A DNA stretch of 64,000 nt from Bordetella parapertussis (GTDB lineage Bacteria; Pseudomonadota; Gammaproteobacteria; Burkholderiales; Burkholderiaceae_E): contig CAMCXH010000002.1 in the NCBI GenBank assembly GCA_945883285.1, positions 2,898 to 66,897 on the forward strand, given 5' to 3'. Below the pieces are notes generated by a model. It was not told the DNA's origin. It made no database searches and saw nothing but the letters and a program-made list of their open reading frames with translations. Shown piece after piece: positions 8,608 through 18,192 of the stretch (position 1 is the stretch's first letter; each line of letters opens with the position of its first letter). A program made the translations under genes and the position numbers.

Positions 8608-10113
8608 ATGGTCGAACCGATCCGTTCCAAGCCCCGTCAATGGCCTGCGGCCGCACTCAGCCTGATCCTGGCTGCAGCGCTCGCAGTTACCCCGGTGTCG
8701 TCCACCGCCCAGTTCGACAATCTGCCCAAGCTGGGCGCGGCATCTGGCGACGAACTCTCGGTTGGGGCCGAGCGCCGGCTTGGTGAAACCATCATGCGGC
8801 AGATCCGCCGCGATCCGGCCTATCTCGACGATGCCGAACTGGTCGACTATCTGAACCAGCTCGCCCTGCCGCTGCTTGCTGCGCCAGCCGCCGGTGGCCT
8901 GTCGTTCGAACTCTTCGCAATCGATGACCCGGCAATCAATGCCTTCGCCTTGCCAGGCGGGTTTATCGGTGTTCATGTCGGATTGCTGATCGCAGCCGAG
9001 ACCGAGTCCGAAGTGGCATCGGTGCTGGCGCATGAGATCGGCCACGTGACCCAGCGTCATATCGCCCGGATGCTCGCGCAGCAAAAACAGGCGTCGGTGG
9101 TGTCGGTGGCTGCCATGGCGCTGGCCTTGCTCGCGGCCCGTTCCAGTCCGCAGGCGGCCATCGGCGGCATGATGCTCGGCGATCAGGTCGCCCGCCAGAA
9201 CATGCTGTCTTTTTCGCGTGATGCCGAGCGCGAGGCCGATCGTGTGGGATTCGAGATCCTGCGCCAGAGCGACTTCGATCTGCAGGGGATGGTGTCCTTC
9301 TTCAATCGACTGCAGCAGTCTTCGCGGTTTTACGAGTCGAATGCGCCGGCCTATCTGCGCACACACCCGGTTACCGGCGAGCGGATCGCCGATCTGCAGG
9401 GGCGCCTTCAGAGCGCCCGCTACCGGCAGCGCACCGATTCCCTCGACTTCCAGTTGCTGCGGGCACGATTCCGGGTCACCGCCGATGAAAGCACCGACGG
9501 GCAACGGGTGGGGCGGGGCATGGCCGAACAGATGGTGCGCGCCAGCGCCAAGGCCGGTCCTGCCCCCTGGTTTGCGCTGGCCAGCATTGCAGCGGCGCAG
9601 CGTGACTGGGCTCGCTTCGACACCGCGATTGCACAGGCCAGAGCCCAGAACGGCGCCGAGCATCCTTACTTCGACCGGCTCGCCGCCAGTGCGACACTGG
9701 CTCGGGGGGATGCTGCCGGCGCCGCTGACCTGGCCCGAAAGGGGCTCGATCGATTCCCGGATGCGCGAGGGCTCTGGCGGATCTATGGCGAGTCGCTGAT
9801 CGCAGCCGGCAAATCGGCCGAAGCGGTGCGCGTGCTGCGCGACGAGATCACCATCTGGCGCTCGGATGCACGATTGTGGGATCTGCTGTCTCAGGCTCAG
9901 GCCAAGCTCGGTTTTCGCGCTGAGGCCCATCGAACGGCGGCTGAGCGCTATGTGCTGCTGGGCTCGCCACTGATGGCGGTCGAGCAGCTCAGGCTGGCGC
10001 AGCGTGCGGGCGATACCGATTTCTACACCGCCTCGGTCATCGACGCGCGGCTGCGCGAACTCGAGCCCGAAGCGCGCCGCGAAATCGAGGACTCCCGCCA
10101 GGGAATGCGCTGA
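8608..10113 (+). CDS. M48-family periplasmic metalloprotease with C-terminal TPR region (BepA/YfgC-like)
   Basis: Signal peptide after MVEPIRSK..., HEXXH motif [12 protein letters not shown], ...READRVG. Start moved to ATG 8608. Confidence 0.85.
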   Translation: MVEPIRSKPRQWPAAALSLILAAALAVTPVSSTAQFDNLPKLGAASGDELSVGAERRLGETIMRQIRRDPAYLDDAELVDYLNQLALPLLAAPAAGGLSFELFAIDDPAINAFALPGGFIGVHVGLLIAAETESEVASVLAHEIGHVTQRHIARMLAQQKQASVVSVAAMALALLAARSSPQAAIGGMMLGDQVARQNMLSFSRDAEREADRVGFEILRQSDFDLQGMVSFFNRLQQSSRFYESNAPAYLRTHPVTGERIADLQGRLQSARYRQRTDSLDFQLLRARFRVTADESTDGQRVGRGMAEQMVRASAKAGPAPWFALASIAAAQRDWARFDTAIAQARAQNGAEHPYFDRLAASATLARGDAAGAADLARKGLDRFPDARGLWRIYGESLIAAGKSAEAVRVLRDEITIWRSDARLWDLLSQAQAKLGFRAEAHRTAAERYVLLGSPLMAVEQLRLAQRAGDTDFYTASVIDARLRELEPEARREIEDSRQGMR

Positions 10114-10148
10114 GCGCGTTCTGTCCGAGCGCGTTTTCTCAGCGCTGC

Positions 10149-10718
10149 TCAGCGCGGTCGCGGATCGAAACCGAAGGCAATGGGTGGCGGCGCGCCGAGC
10201 GCTTGCACCCGGTGCTCGCCGAGAAGTCGCAACACAGCTGTCGGCGCGGTCGGGTGATCCGAGTCGCTCAGGCTCAACTCAAGCGCACCCAGATCGCGAT
10301 CATCGATGCATCCTGCGCCCAGATCGGACATCAGCCAGAGGTTGCCGTCTGCATCGGTCGTGGCCTGCGTGATGACCGCGACCGGATAGCCGGTATGCGT
10401 GATCAGGGACTGTTGCGGTGCCTCGCCCATCACCCGGAAGTAGAGCGGTGCAAGGTCGAGATCGACGTAGACCCGTTGCGGGCCGTTCTGCCAGCTCCAG
10501 CGCCCCTGCTCGTCGGGGCGGTAATTGCGGCCGATGAAATCGATGATCGGCGGGCTGGTGATTTCGCTGCCCGACCCGTGCAAGGCCTCGTCAAAACCCG
10601 GTGCGCCGCGATCGACCAGCATCCAGCGGCCACGTCGGTCAAGCCGCAGCCAGCCGAACATCGCCGGGACGTTCGGCCAACGGGTCATCGCCTGCTGAAC
10701 CAGATCATCGAGCGGCAA
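10149..10718 (-). CDS. Conserved hypothetical protein
   Basis: 189-aa ORF with coding-like composition. 14-nt overlap with the upstream hydrolase stop suggests an operon. No motif I can name. Confidence 0.6.
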   Translation of the reverse strand: MPLDDLVQQAMTRWPNVPAMFGWLRLDRRGRWMLVDRGAPGFDEALHGSGSEITSPPIIDFIGRNYRPDEQGRWSWQNGPQRVYVDLDLAPLYFRVMGEAPQQSLITHTGYPVAVITQATTDADGNLWLMSDLGAGCIDDRDLGALELSLSDSDHPTAPTAVLRLLGEHRVQALGAPPPIAFGFDPRPR

Positions 10719-11763
10719 TCAGGCCTCCGGTGGCAAGGTTGAAATGCGTGAAGAGGCGCTCGGCGAGCCAGTCAAGCCTTCCGGGCGGTGCACCCCTCAA
10801 AAACCCGACATGGCCACCTTCGCGCGGATAGTACAGATCGACCGCCCCCGAGACTTCATCTGGCCGCGCGAGCGCTTCCACCGGCAGGAAGGGATCGTTC
10901 AGGGCATTGATGATCAGGGTGGGAACGGCGATGCCGCCCAGAAACTGCCGGCACGACGATCGTTGCCAGTAGTCCCTGGCGCTTTTGAAGCCATGCAGTG
11001 GTGCGGTCACCAGTTCGTCGAACTCGAAGAAGTCGCGACTCGAAGCGACCCGGTTCGCATCAAACAGACCGGGGTGGCGCTCAAGCATGGCCACGCTCTT
11101 GCGGCGCAGCGTGACCAGAAAGTTCAGTGCATAAAGGCGGTTGAAGCCTCGCGACAGGCGGATCGCGCCGGCGTGCAGATCCTGGGGCGGCGAGACCGCT
11201 GCCGCCGCGGCAACGAAGCCTGCGGCATTGCCCCGCTCGCCCAGCCACTTCAGCAGGACGTTGCCGCCCAGCGAGATGCCGGCAGCCAGCAGCAGGCCGG
11301 GTGAACCATCCTGGCTGCGGCGCGCCGCAATGCGTCGAAGCACCCAGTCGGCTTCATCCGAATCGCCCGAGTGATAGGCACGCGGCATCCGGTTGAGTTC
11401 GCCGCTGCAGCCTCTGAAGTGAATCACCACACCATCGCAGCCGCGTGCATTGGCGGCGGCCATCAGGGTGCGTGAATAGTGACTGGCTGAATTACCTTCG
11501 AGGCCGTGAAAGAGGGCGAGCAGGGGGCGTGGCGCTGTCCGCGTCGTGTCGTGCGCCGGGTCGACAGGCGCAGCGAGCGCCCAGTCGAGGTCGATGAAGT
11601 CGCCATCAGGCGTATCCCAGCGCTCGCGGCGATAGATGGGCGAAGGCCTGGGGGCCAGCACTGACGGCCAGATGGTCTGAAGGTGGCGGCCGCGCAGCCA
11701 GGCTGGCGCGTGATACTCGGTCCTTGATCGATCGTTGGAGTCGACCAGGCGCGCGCCGGACAC
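10705..11763 (-). CDS. Alpha/beta-fold hydrolase (YheT-like)
   Basis: HLQTIWPS N-terminus, LFHGLEGNSASHY, nucleophile elbow GISLGGN. Confidence 0.8.
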   Translation of the reverse strand: MSGARLVDSNDRSRTEYHAPAWLRGRHLQTIWPSVLAPRPSPIYRRERWDTPDGDFIDLDWALAAPVDPAHDTTRTAPRPLLALFHGLEGNSASHYSRTLMAAANARGCDGVVIHFRGCSGELNRMPRAYHSGDSDEADWVLRRIAARRSQDGSPGLLLAAGISLGGNVLLKWLGERGNAAGFVAAAAAVSPPQDLHAGAIRLSRGFNRLYALNFLVTLRRKSVAMLERHPGLFDANRVASSRDFFEFDELVTAPLHGFKSARDYWQRSSCRQFLGGIAVPTLIINALNDPFLPVEALARPDEVSGAVDLYYPREGGHVGFLRGAPPGRLDWLAERLFTHFNLATGGLIAAR

Positions 11764-11774
11764 GGGCCTTGCGC

Positions 11775-12368
11775 TCAGTGAAGCCGCCCCGGGGGCGGGC
11801 GCATCGGATCGCTTGCCGGAGTGGCACTGTCGTCGCTTTCGCTTGCCTCATCGCCGCCTTCGGCCTCATCGGCGTGTCTGGGGCTGCCCGGCAGTCCCGG
11901 CGCCCAGCCCCTGCGCAGCAACGGATGAATCTCGTCATCATCCTCATCGTCGTCATCGTCGAAATCGGCATCGCCATCGTCGGCGCTTTCGCAAACGCCG
12001 GCGTGATGCACCAGAATCCGCCAGCCTTTGGGCGAGCGCACGAAGATATTGGTCGCCACCACTTCGATGACTTCGGTGCCGGCGCGTCCCTCGACCGCAA
12101 TATGTTCGATCAGGCTGTGCACCGCGATATCAGGCGTCGACCAGGCCTGGCGCTGGGCGGTAGCGATTCGTACTCCGCCGCCGGAGAAGATCGAGCTGAA
12201 GGATTCGCGGATGGCCTGCAAGCCGAGCAGTCGCGGGCCGCCCGGGTGGTTGCAGACCGCGCCGGCATCGTCTGCCCATAGGGACATCATCCGGTCGAGG
12301 TCGCCGTCGGACATGGCCGCGTAAAAGGCAGTCTCGACCGCTTCGGCAGAGGAGGGGGCTCTTTGCAT
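11775..12368 (-). CDS. SnoaL/NTF2-like domain protein with long polyacidic C-terminal tail
   Basis: N-terminal ~125 aa is NTF2-like (FYAAMSDGDLDRMMSLWADD...). The tail reads DDGDADFDDDDDEDDDE...EAEGGDEASESDD. Confidence 0.6.
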   Translation of the reverse strand: MQRAPSSAEAVETAFYAAMSDGDLDRMMSLWADDAGAVCNHPGGPRLLGLQAIRESFSSIFSGGGVRIATAQRQAWSTPDIAVHSLIEHIAVEGRAGTEVIEVVATNIFVRSPKGWRILVHHAGVCESADDGDADFDDDDDEDDDEIHPLLRRGWAPGLPGSPRHADEAEGGDEASESDDSATPASDPMRPPPGRLH

Positions 12369-12380
12369 CAGCCCGCCAGT

Positions 12381-13427
12381 TTATCTGATGTCGCGAGAGA
12401 TCGATTGCAATTGCCGGCGCAGTGAGTCGAACACACGTTCCGAACTGAGTTCGCTCATGCAATCGCCATGGCCGAAGCGGCACTGCGCCTGATCACAGGG
12501 GCTGCAGGCACGGTGAAGCCATTCGACTTTGGCCAGTGGCGAGCGCGGCGGGTTCAAGCGCGGATCGGTTGGTCCGAAGACCGCCACCATCGGCCGGCCA
12601 TAGGCCGCTGCCAGGTGCATCGGTTCGCTATCGTGAGTGACGACCGCTTCGGCCTGCGAAAGCACCGCCATCAATTCGGTCAGTGAATGGCGCCCGCACA
12701 CATTGACGCAGCGTCGACCGCTCAGGGCGGCAACTTCGGTGGCGAACGGACGGTCCGCGGCGCTTCCCAAAAGGACCGGCTCGAGGTCCGGCCAGGCATC
12801 AGTGATCAGGGTGACCAGTGCCGCCCAGCGTCTGGCCGGCCAGCGCCTGCTCGGCTTGCCTTCGATGCCGACACACAGCGCCAGAATCGGTTTGGCATCA
12901 GCCAGGCCGAGTCGAGCCATCACGCTTCGATCGAGGTCATTGCGGCGCACCAGCGAGGGGTTGGGCAGACGTACCGGCAGCGGTTTCGAGGGTTCAAAAG
13001 CCAGATGCGCAAAACGCTCGGCGACCGGGCGCCTCGGGCCGACCTTGAGCAACTGATCTCTGTTGTGCGGACGGTTGATCAGCCCGAACCGGCTTCGAGA
13101 CCCCAATCCGCGGCGAATCGGAATGCGGGCGCTCCAGGCCACGATCGCCGCTTGCAGCGAATCGTGCAGGACCAGCGCCTGGTCGAATCGATGCCTGCGC
13201 AGGACACGTACGACGCGAGTCATCTCCAGGAGTAGCAGTCGGCCGGATTGGCGCGGTAGTGCGATGACCTGGTCGACATCGTTCATCGCCAGGAAAATCG
13301 GTGCATGGTCCGAGAAGGCGAGCACCGTGATCTGCGCACCTGCAGCGACGCGGCGCAGCATCGCGGTCAGCGGCTGCGTCATCACCGCGTCGCTCGCGGT
13401 GTCGGGGGCAATGATCAGGGTTCGCAT
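12381..13427 (-). CDS. waaF: Glycosyltransferase family 9 (LPS heptosyltransferase, probably II)
   Basis: MRTLIIAPDTASDAVMTQPL..., C-terminal VTHDSEPMHLAAAYGRPMVAVFGPTDP. Sits in the ilvE-zf-waaF context. Start moved to ATG 13427. Confidence 0.75.
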   Translation of the reverse strand: MRTLIIAPDTASDAVMTQPLTAMLRRVAAGAQITVLAFSDHAPIFLAMNDVDQVIALPRQSGRLLLLEMTRVVRVLRRHRFDQALVLHDSLQAAIVAWSARIPIRRGLGSRSRFGLINRPHNRDQLLKVGPRRPVAERFAHLAFEPSKPLPVRLPNPSLVRRNDLDRSVMARLGLADAKPILALCVGIEGKPSRRWPARRWAALVTLITDAWPDLEPVLLGSAADRPFATEVAALSGRRCVNVCGRHSLTELMAVLSQAEAVVTHDSEPMHLAAAYGRPMVAVFGPTDPRLNPPRSPLAKVEWLHRACSPCDQAQCRFGHGDCMSELSSERVFDSLRRQLQSISRDIR

Positions 13428-13619
13428 GAAGACAGATTGAAAGGCGTGATGCACGGAGCCGGGTCGAGCCGGAGTATTGCTGTCGAGTGACAGATCGTGC
13501 GTGACGCAATGCCGCTGTCAGAGCAATGGGCACAGACGAATCGAAAAACCGAGTTTTCCGAAGCGTCGGTCCTGGCCGCCGACACCTTGTCGGCAGGCGT
13601 GGCCCGTGAGGGCCCTGGT

Positions 13620-13850
13620 TCAGTGCCCTCTGATCACCGTGCCGGGTTTAAGACGGTAGACAGTGCTGCAATAGGGGCAGCGGGCGGTGCCGGTATGGGA
13701 CAGATCGAGAAAGACCCGGGGATGGCCGCTCCACGCAGTCATGCGCGGGTTGGGGCAGTGGGCCGGCAGATCGGCTGCGTCGAGTTCGATGACCGGATCG
13801 CCACCGGGGGCAGCCGGCAGATCGCCGGCATGGCCAGTTTGATTACTCAT
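13620..13850 (-). CDS. Small zinc-finger (zf-CHCC-like) protein
   Basis: 76 aa from internal ATG: ...HCPNPRMTAWSGHPRVFLDL...ARCPYCSTVYRL. The longer 154-aa track ORF runs into ilvE. Confidence 0.7.
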   Translation of the reverse strand: MSNQTGHAGDLPAAPGGDPVIELDAADLPAHCPNPRMTAWSGHPRVFLDLSHTGTARCPYCSTVYRLKPGTVIRGH

Positions 13851-13890
13851 ATCGGATAGCGGTGAAAGGCCTGCGTTCGTGCCATGGGTG

Positions 13891-14811
13891 TCAGACCGGT
13901 GTGAGCCATTTCTGATATTTCTCGGACTTGCCGGCCACCACTTCAAAAAACAGCGACTGCAGCTTTTCGGTGATCGGACCGCGCGAGCCTGAGCCGATGA
14001 CACGATCGTCGATTTCGCGGATCGGGGTGATCTCGGCCGCAGTGCCTGTAAAGAAGGCTTCGTCCGCGCAGTACATCTCGTCACGGGTGATGCGTTTTTC
14101 GACCACCTTGTAGCCGAGGTCGGCAGCCATGACCAGCACGCTGTCGCGGGTCACGCCGTCGAGGCATGAGGCCAGGTCGGGTGTGTAGATCACGCCGTCC
14201 TCGACCAGGAAGAGGTTTTCGCCGGCGCCTTCCGAGACATAGCCTTCGGTATCGAGCAGTATGGCTTCGTCATAGCCATTGGCAGTGACTTCCTGGTTGG
14301 CCAGGATCGAATTGATGTAGTAGCCGCTCGCCTTGGCCCGCACCAGTGCGGCATTGACGTGATGGCGGGTGTAGGACGAGACCTTGACGCGGATGCCCTT
14401 GGTCAGACCTTCTTCGCCCAGATAAGCGCCCCACGGCCAGGCCGCAATCGACATGTGGACGGTGTTGCCGCGTGGCGAGATGCCGAGTTTCTCAGAACCG
14501 ATCCAGGCCAGCGGACGCAGGTAGCAGGACTCGAGCGCATTGGCACGAACCACCGCCTTTTGGGCTTCGATGACTTCCTCATACGAGAAAGGCAACTTCA
14601 TCTGGAAGATCTTGGCCGAGTTGAACAGGCGGCGGGTATGTTCGTGCAGGCGGAAGATCGCGGTGCCGTTGACGGTGTTGTAGGCCCTAACGCCCTCGAA
14701 GACCGCCATGCCGTAATGCAGCGAGTGGGTCAGGACGTGGATCTTGGCGTCGCGCCAGTCCACCAGTTTGCCATCGAACCAGATATGCCCGTCGCGGTCA
14801 GCCATCGACAT
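13891..14811 (-). CDS. ilvE: Branched-chain amino acid aminotransferase
   Basis: 306 aa. IWFDGKLVDWRDAKIHVLTHSLHYGMAVFEGVRAY..., class IV aminotransferase pattern. Confidence 0.93.
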   Translation of the reverse strand: MSMADRDGHIWFDGKLVDWRDAKIHVLTHSLHYGMAVFEGVRAYNTVNGTAIFRLHEHTRRLFNSAKIFQMKLPFSYEEVIEAQKAVVRANALESCYLRPLAWIGSEKLGISPRGNTVHMSIAAWPWGAYLGEEGLTKGIRVKVSSYTRHHVNAALVRAKASGYYINSILANQEVTANGYDEAILLDTEGYVSEGAGENLFLVEDGVIYTPDLASCLDGVTRDSVLVMAADLGYKVVEKRITRDEMYCADEAFFTGTAAEITPIREIDDRVIGSGSRGPITEKLQSLFFEVVAGKSEKYQKWLTPV

Positions 14812-14967
14812 GTTTGATCTCTCCTGTAAGTGCCCGATCTTTGAATTCGAGCAGTCCGACCGATCATTCTATCCGCAACCTTCCCTGAAGATCGGGTCGG
14901 TGGTATCCGGCCTCGGTGCGCCCACCGGATAGAATCGACTGTTACGAGACCGCTAGGAGTCGGGTCG

Positions 14968-16167
14968 GTGCGAAAAACTCTCCCCTTCCAGGTCGGTCTG
15001 CTTGCCATGCTGCAAGCCCTCCTGCTCACCAACAACGTCACGCTGATCGCGGTCAACGGTCTGGCGGGTGCCACGCTTGCGGCCGATCCGGTCTATGCGA
15101 CCCTCCCGGTCACCGGCTATGTCACCGGTGCGGCTGCCACCAGCATGCTGGCTGCGCGGGTGATGCGACTGCGGGGACGCCGCTATGGCTACACCATCGG
15201 CGCGCTGGCGGCCATTGCCGGCTCGCTGCTCGCCTGGTGGGCGGTCTCGATCGGCAGCTTGCCGATGCTGGTGGTCGCCACCTTCGTGACCGGCCTGTAT
15301 AACGCCTTCGGTGTCAGCTATCGGTTTGCGGCGGCCGATGCGGCCGATGCCTGGCAACCTTCCTTCAAAGCCCGCGCAATTTCGCTGGTGCTGGCTGCCG
15401 GCATCGTGGGTGGCGTGGTCGGGCCCGAACTCTCGAAGGTGACGCGGGAATGGCTGCCAACACTGTATTCCGGCTCCTACCTGGCCCTGACCGTCTTTGC
15501 GGTGCTGTCGCTGATCGCGGCACAGTGGTTGCATCTGCCCGAGTCGAAGCAGACGCTGGCGCAGGGCCCGGCGCGCCCGCTGCGCGAGATCCTGGCCCAA
15601 CCCAACGCCTGGATTGCGGTACTTGTTGCGGCATTGGCCTATGGTGTCATGAACCTGCTGATGGTCGCGACGCCGCTGGCGATGAAGGTCTGCGGCCAGC
15701 CCTATTCGGCTGCAGCGCGCGTGCTCGAGTGGCATGTGATCGGCATGTTCGTGCCGGGGCTTTTCACCGGATCGCTGATCGGTGCGGTCGGTGTTGTGCC
15801 GGTGATGGTCGCGGGTTGTTTGCTGATGCTGTTGTCGGCGGCGGTGGCGCTCTCGGGGCTCGAGTTGTGGCACTTCACCGTGGCGCTGTTCGCCTTGGGC
15901 GTGGGTTGGAACTTCATGTACACCGGTGCCACCACCCTGCTCACCACTTCCTATCAGCCAAGCGAGAAAAATCGCGTCCAGGGTTTCAATGACGCCTGCG
16001 TCTTCGCGGTCATGGTCACCTCCTCGTTTTCGTCGGGGGCGCTGCTGCATGTTCAGGGCTGGTACACGCTGAATCAGCTGTCGGTGCCGATCGTGCTGGT
16101 CGCGCTGATTGTCACGCTGGTGGCAAGCCGTTCGGTCGGCTGGCGCTTCGGTCGCACCGGCGGCTGA
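14968..16167 (+). CDS. MFS transporter
   Basis: 399 aa with about 12 hydrophobic segments; GTG start. Confidence 0.85.
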   Translation: MRKTLPFQVGLLAMLQALLLTNNVTLIAVNGLAGATLAADPVYATLPVTGYVTGAAATSMLAARVMRLRGRRYGYTIGALAAIAGSLLAWWAVSIGSLPMLVVATFVTGLYNAFGVSYRFAAADAADAWQPSFKARAISLVLAAGIVGGVVGPELSKVTREWLPTLYSGSYLALTVFAVLSLIAAQWLHLPESKQTLAQGPARPLREILAQPNAWIAVLVAALAYGVMNLLMVATPLAMKVCGQPYSAAARVLEWHVIGMFVPGLFTGSLIGAVGVVPVMVAGCLLMLLSAAVALSGLELWHFTVALFALGVGWNFMYTGATTLLTTSYQPSEKNRVQGFNDACVFAVMVTSSFSSGALLHVQGWYTLNQLSVPIVLVALIVTLVASRSVGWRFGRTGG

Positions 16168-16219
16168 GCCAATCGAGACACCGGCTGAGCCCGTCGTGAA
16201 TCCCCCCGATGTGCCATCG

Positions 16220-16945
16220 ATGTCGCAGGCCTCGTCTGAACGCGCCGCATTCATCGATGGCGCCCGCCTGATTGGCGGCACGGTGTTTGGCACCTTCTGC
16301 TGGGGTGCGGCCATCGGCATGGCGCTGGTCAAAGGTGGACTGTCGTCGATGCAGGCGCTCGGCATGGTGATGCTGGTGTTCTCGGGCACCGCGCAGGTTG
16401 CAGCCCTGCCACTGATCGCACAGGGCGCGGCATTGCCGGCGATCTGGCTGACTGCGCTGCTGGCCAATCTGCGCTTTGTGGTCTACAGCGCGGTGGTGGC
16501 CAACGAGTTTCGCAGCCGACCGATGGCGCAGCGGCTGCTGATCGGATGGATGACAACCGACACCGGCCTGGCCGCTTATTTGGCTGGGCAGCAAAAGGCT
16601 GCTGCATCGATGTCTGAACGCGACCGCGCGGCACGCTTCATGGGTGCCAATGGGCTGGTCTATTTCGGCTGGACGCTCGGCACCGCGGTGGGGGTCGGCA
16701 TGGCCGGTCTGATCCCTGATTCGCCGCGGCTGGCCTTCGTCGGCCTGCTCGCGGTGGTGGCGATCATCGGCCCGATGATGTCGACCCGCCTGGCCTGGAG
16801 CATTGCGGTGCCGGCATCGTTGGTGGCGGTCATTGGCCGTGACTGGCCCTGGCGCGGCGGGATGTTCGCCGCGATTGCGGTCGGCGTGATGGTGGCCATG
16901 CTGATGACGCGCCCGCCACCGCGCTTGTCGGAGCCTTCAGCATGA
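16220..16945 (+). CDS. azlC: AzlC-family branched-chain amino acid exporter subunit
   Basis: Hydrophobic protein: FIDGARLIGGTVFGTF..., SGTAQVAAL. Followed by azlD with a 4-nt overlap. Start moved to ATG 16220. Confidence 0.8.
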   Translation: MSQASSERAAFIDGARLIGGTVFGTFCWGAAIGMALVKGGLSSMQALGMVMLVFSGTAQVAALPLIAQGAALPAIWLTALLANLRFVVYSAVVANEFRSRPMAQRLLIGWMTTDTGLAAYLAGQQKAAASMSERDRAARFMGANGLVYFGWTLGTAVGVGMAGLIPDSPRLAFVGLLAVVAIIGPMMSTRLAWSIAVPASLVAVIGRDWPWRGGMFAAIAVGVMVAMLMTRPPPRLSEPSA

Positions 16946-17283
16946 GGCTGTCGGATGCACAGGTCTGGGGTGCGATTGCCGGGCTGGTGGTGATGGTGTT
17001 TCTCACCCGCAATGCGTTTTTGGTCGTGCCGATGCGCTGGCAGCCGCGGGGTGCGGTCGAACGCGCACTGCGACATGCGCCGCTCGCAGCCTTGGTCGCA
17101 TTGGTTACGCCATCGATGGCCGAGGCGCTGATTGCGCCGGGCGCAAGCCTCTCGTCGGTCTGGTTTGATGCCCGTTTGCCGGCAGCGCTGGCCGCGCTTC
17201 TGGTGTCGCGTCTGGCGCGCAGCGCTTTTCCGGGCATGGCGGCTGGGGTGGCGGTGCTGTGGCTGATTGATGCGATGTCGTAA
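16942..17283 (+). CDS. azlD: AzlD-family protein
   Basis: 113-aa hydrophobic protein with an ATGA overlap with azlC. Confidence 0.8.
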   Translation: MRLSDAQVWGAIAGLVVMVFLTRNAFLVVPMRWQPRGAVERALRHAPLAALVALVTPSMAEALIAPGASLSSVWFDARLPAALAALLVSRLARSAFPGMAAGVAVLWLIDAMS

Positions 17284-17293
17284 GGCCGACCCC

Positions 17294-17315
17294 AGGCCGA
17301 ACTGAGGCCGAACTG
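17294..17315. repeat. 11-bp tandem duplication (aggccgaactg x2)
   Basis: Read directly in the convergent azlD/gmhB spacer. Confidence 0.9.
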
Positions 17316-17352
17316 AGCTTGCCGTGGGCTGATGCGATCGCGGTGAGCCCTT

Positions 17353-17904
17353 TCAGGCGCTTGCCAGAATGTAATCGACGCAGGCGGGCAGGCTCGCAAA
17401 GACACCGTCGCAGGTTACACCGGTGCTGACCGAGTCGATGTTGTCCGACTCGACCATATAGGCACGACCAACGCCTGCAGCCTGTGCAGCCCCGATATCC
17501 GAGGGCTTGTCGCCGATCAGGATCGATTGCGCGAGCGACAGGCCGTGCTCGCGCGCTGCCGCAAGCAGCATGCCGGGGGCAGGTTTGCGGCATTCGCATT
17601 CGATGGACAGCGCCGGCACGCTGCCGGCGGGATGATGCGGGCAGTGATAGACCGCGGTGATCCTGACGCCCTCGCGCTCAAGGTGCCCGAGCATCTGCAC
17701 GGTCAGGGTCTCGAACTGCTCAGTCGAGTAGTAGCCGCGCGCAATGCCGGCCTGGTTGGTCACCACGATCAGCATGAAGCCTGCGGTCTGCAGGTCGCGC
17801 ATGGCTGCGATGGCGCCCGGGGCGAAAATGAATTCGTCCCAGCGATACACATAACCGCTGTCGAGGTTGATCACGCCATCGCGATCGAGAAAGGCTGCTT
17901 TCAC
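17353..17904 (-). CDS. gmhB: D-glycero-D-manno-heptose 1,7-bisphosphate phosphatase
   Basis: HAD motifs FLDRDGVIN, VVTNQAGIARG, CECRKPAPGM, GDKPSD. I prefer GTG 17904, which is preceded by GAGGAG 8 nt upstream; the track start 18006 adds 34 non-family residues. Confidence 0.88.
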   Translation of the reverse strand: MKAAFLDRDGVINLDSGYVYRWDEFIFAPGAIAAMRDLQTAGFMLIVVTNQAGIARGYYSTEQFETLTVQMLGHLEREGVRITAVYHCPHHPAGSVPALSIECECRKPAPGMLLAAAREHGLSLAQSILIGDKPSDIGAAQAAGVGRAYMVESDNIDSVSTGVTCDGVFASLPACVDYILASA

Positions 17905-18192
17905 CTGATCGACTCCTCTGCCCTGTCGCAACGCTGCGAACCGCCTGGTCAAGTCGATATTGACAGAAACATGGCTCTGACGAGGTTGGCCGACCGTCGC
18001 CAGCAATCGCTCGCAACCTGAGATGGCCGAAATAGGCGCGCTATTCCGAAGACTCTCTATCCGGCATCCGACGCAAACTCCGCGTGTCTCTCAAACTCCG
18101 TGGTCATCGGTTCGCTGACGACCCGGCATCTGTCCGAGTCGGGGCGCGGTGTCCCTGACCTAATTCGCGCAAGACGGAATGGAATCGATCTA

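Noticed and set aside
8542-9930. Long antisense ORFs opposite well-supported genes: 8542-9930, 14953-16467, 25128-26870, 27414-28700, 28189-29283, 31471-33342, 34364-35449, 39456-41312, 41309-42571, 47436-49163, 55706-57226 and 59999-61603
   Set aside because: Each lies opposite a gene with strong family motifs. The products are Arg/Gly/Pro/His-rich, low-complexity and motif-free. This is typical of stop-codon-poor antisense frames in high-GC DNA.
13620-14084. 154-aa minus-strand ORF as annotated by the track
   Set aside because: Its first 78 codons overlap the 3' end of ilvE in another frame and are Arg/Ser-rich. Only the last 76 codons (from ATG 13850) form the conserved zinc-finger protein.
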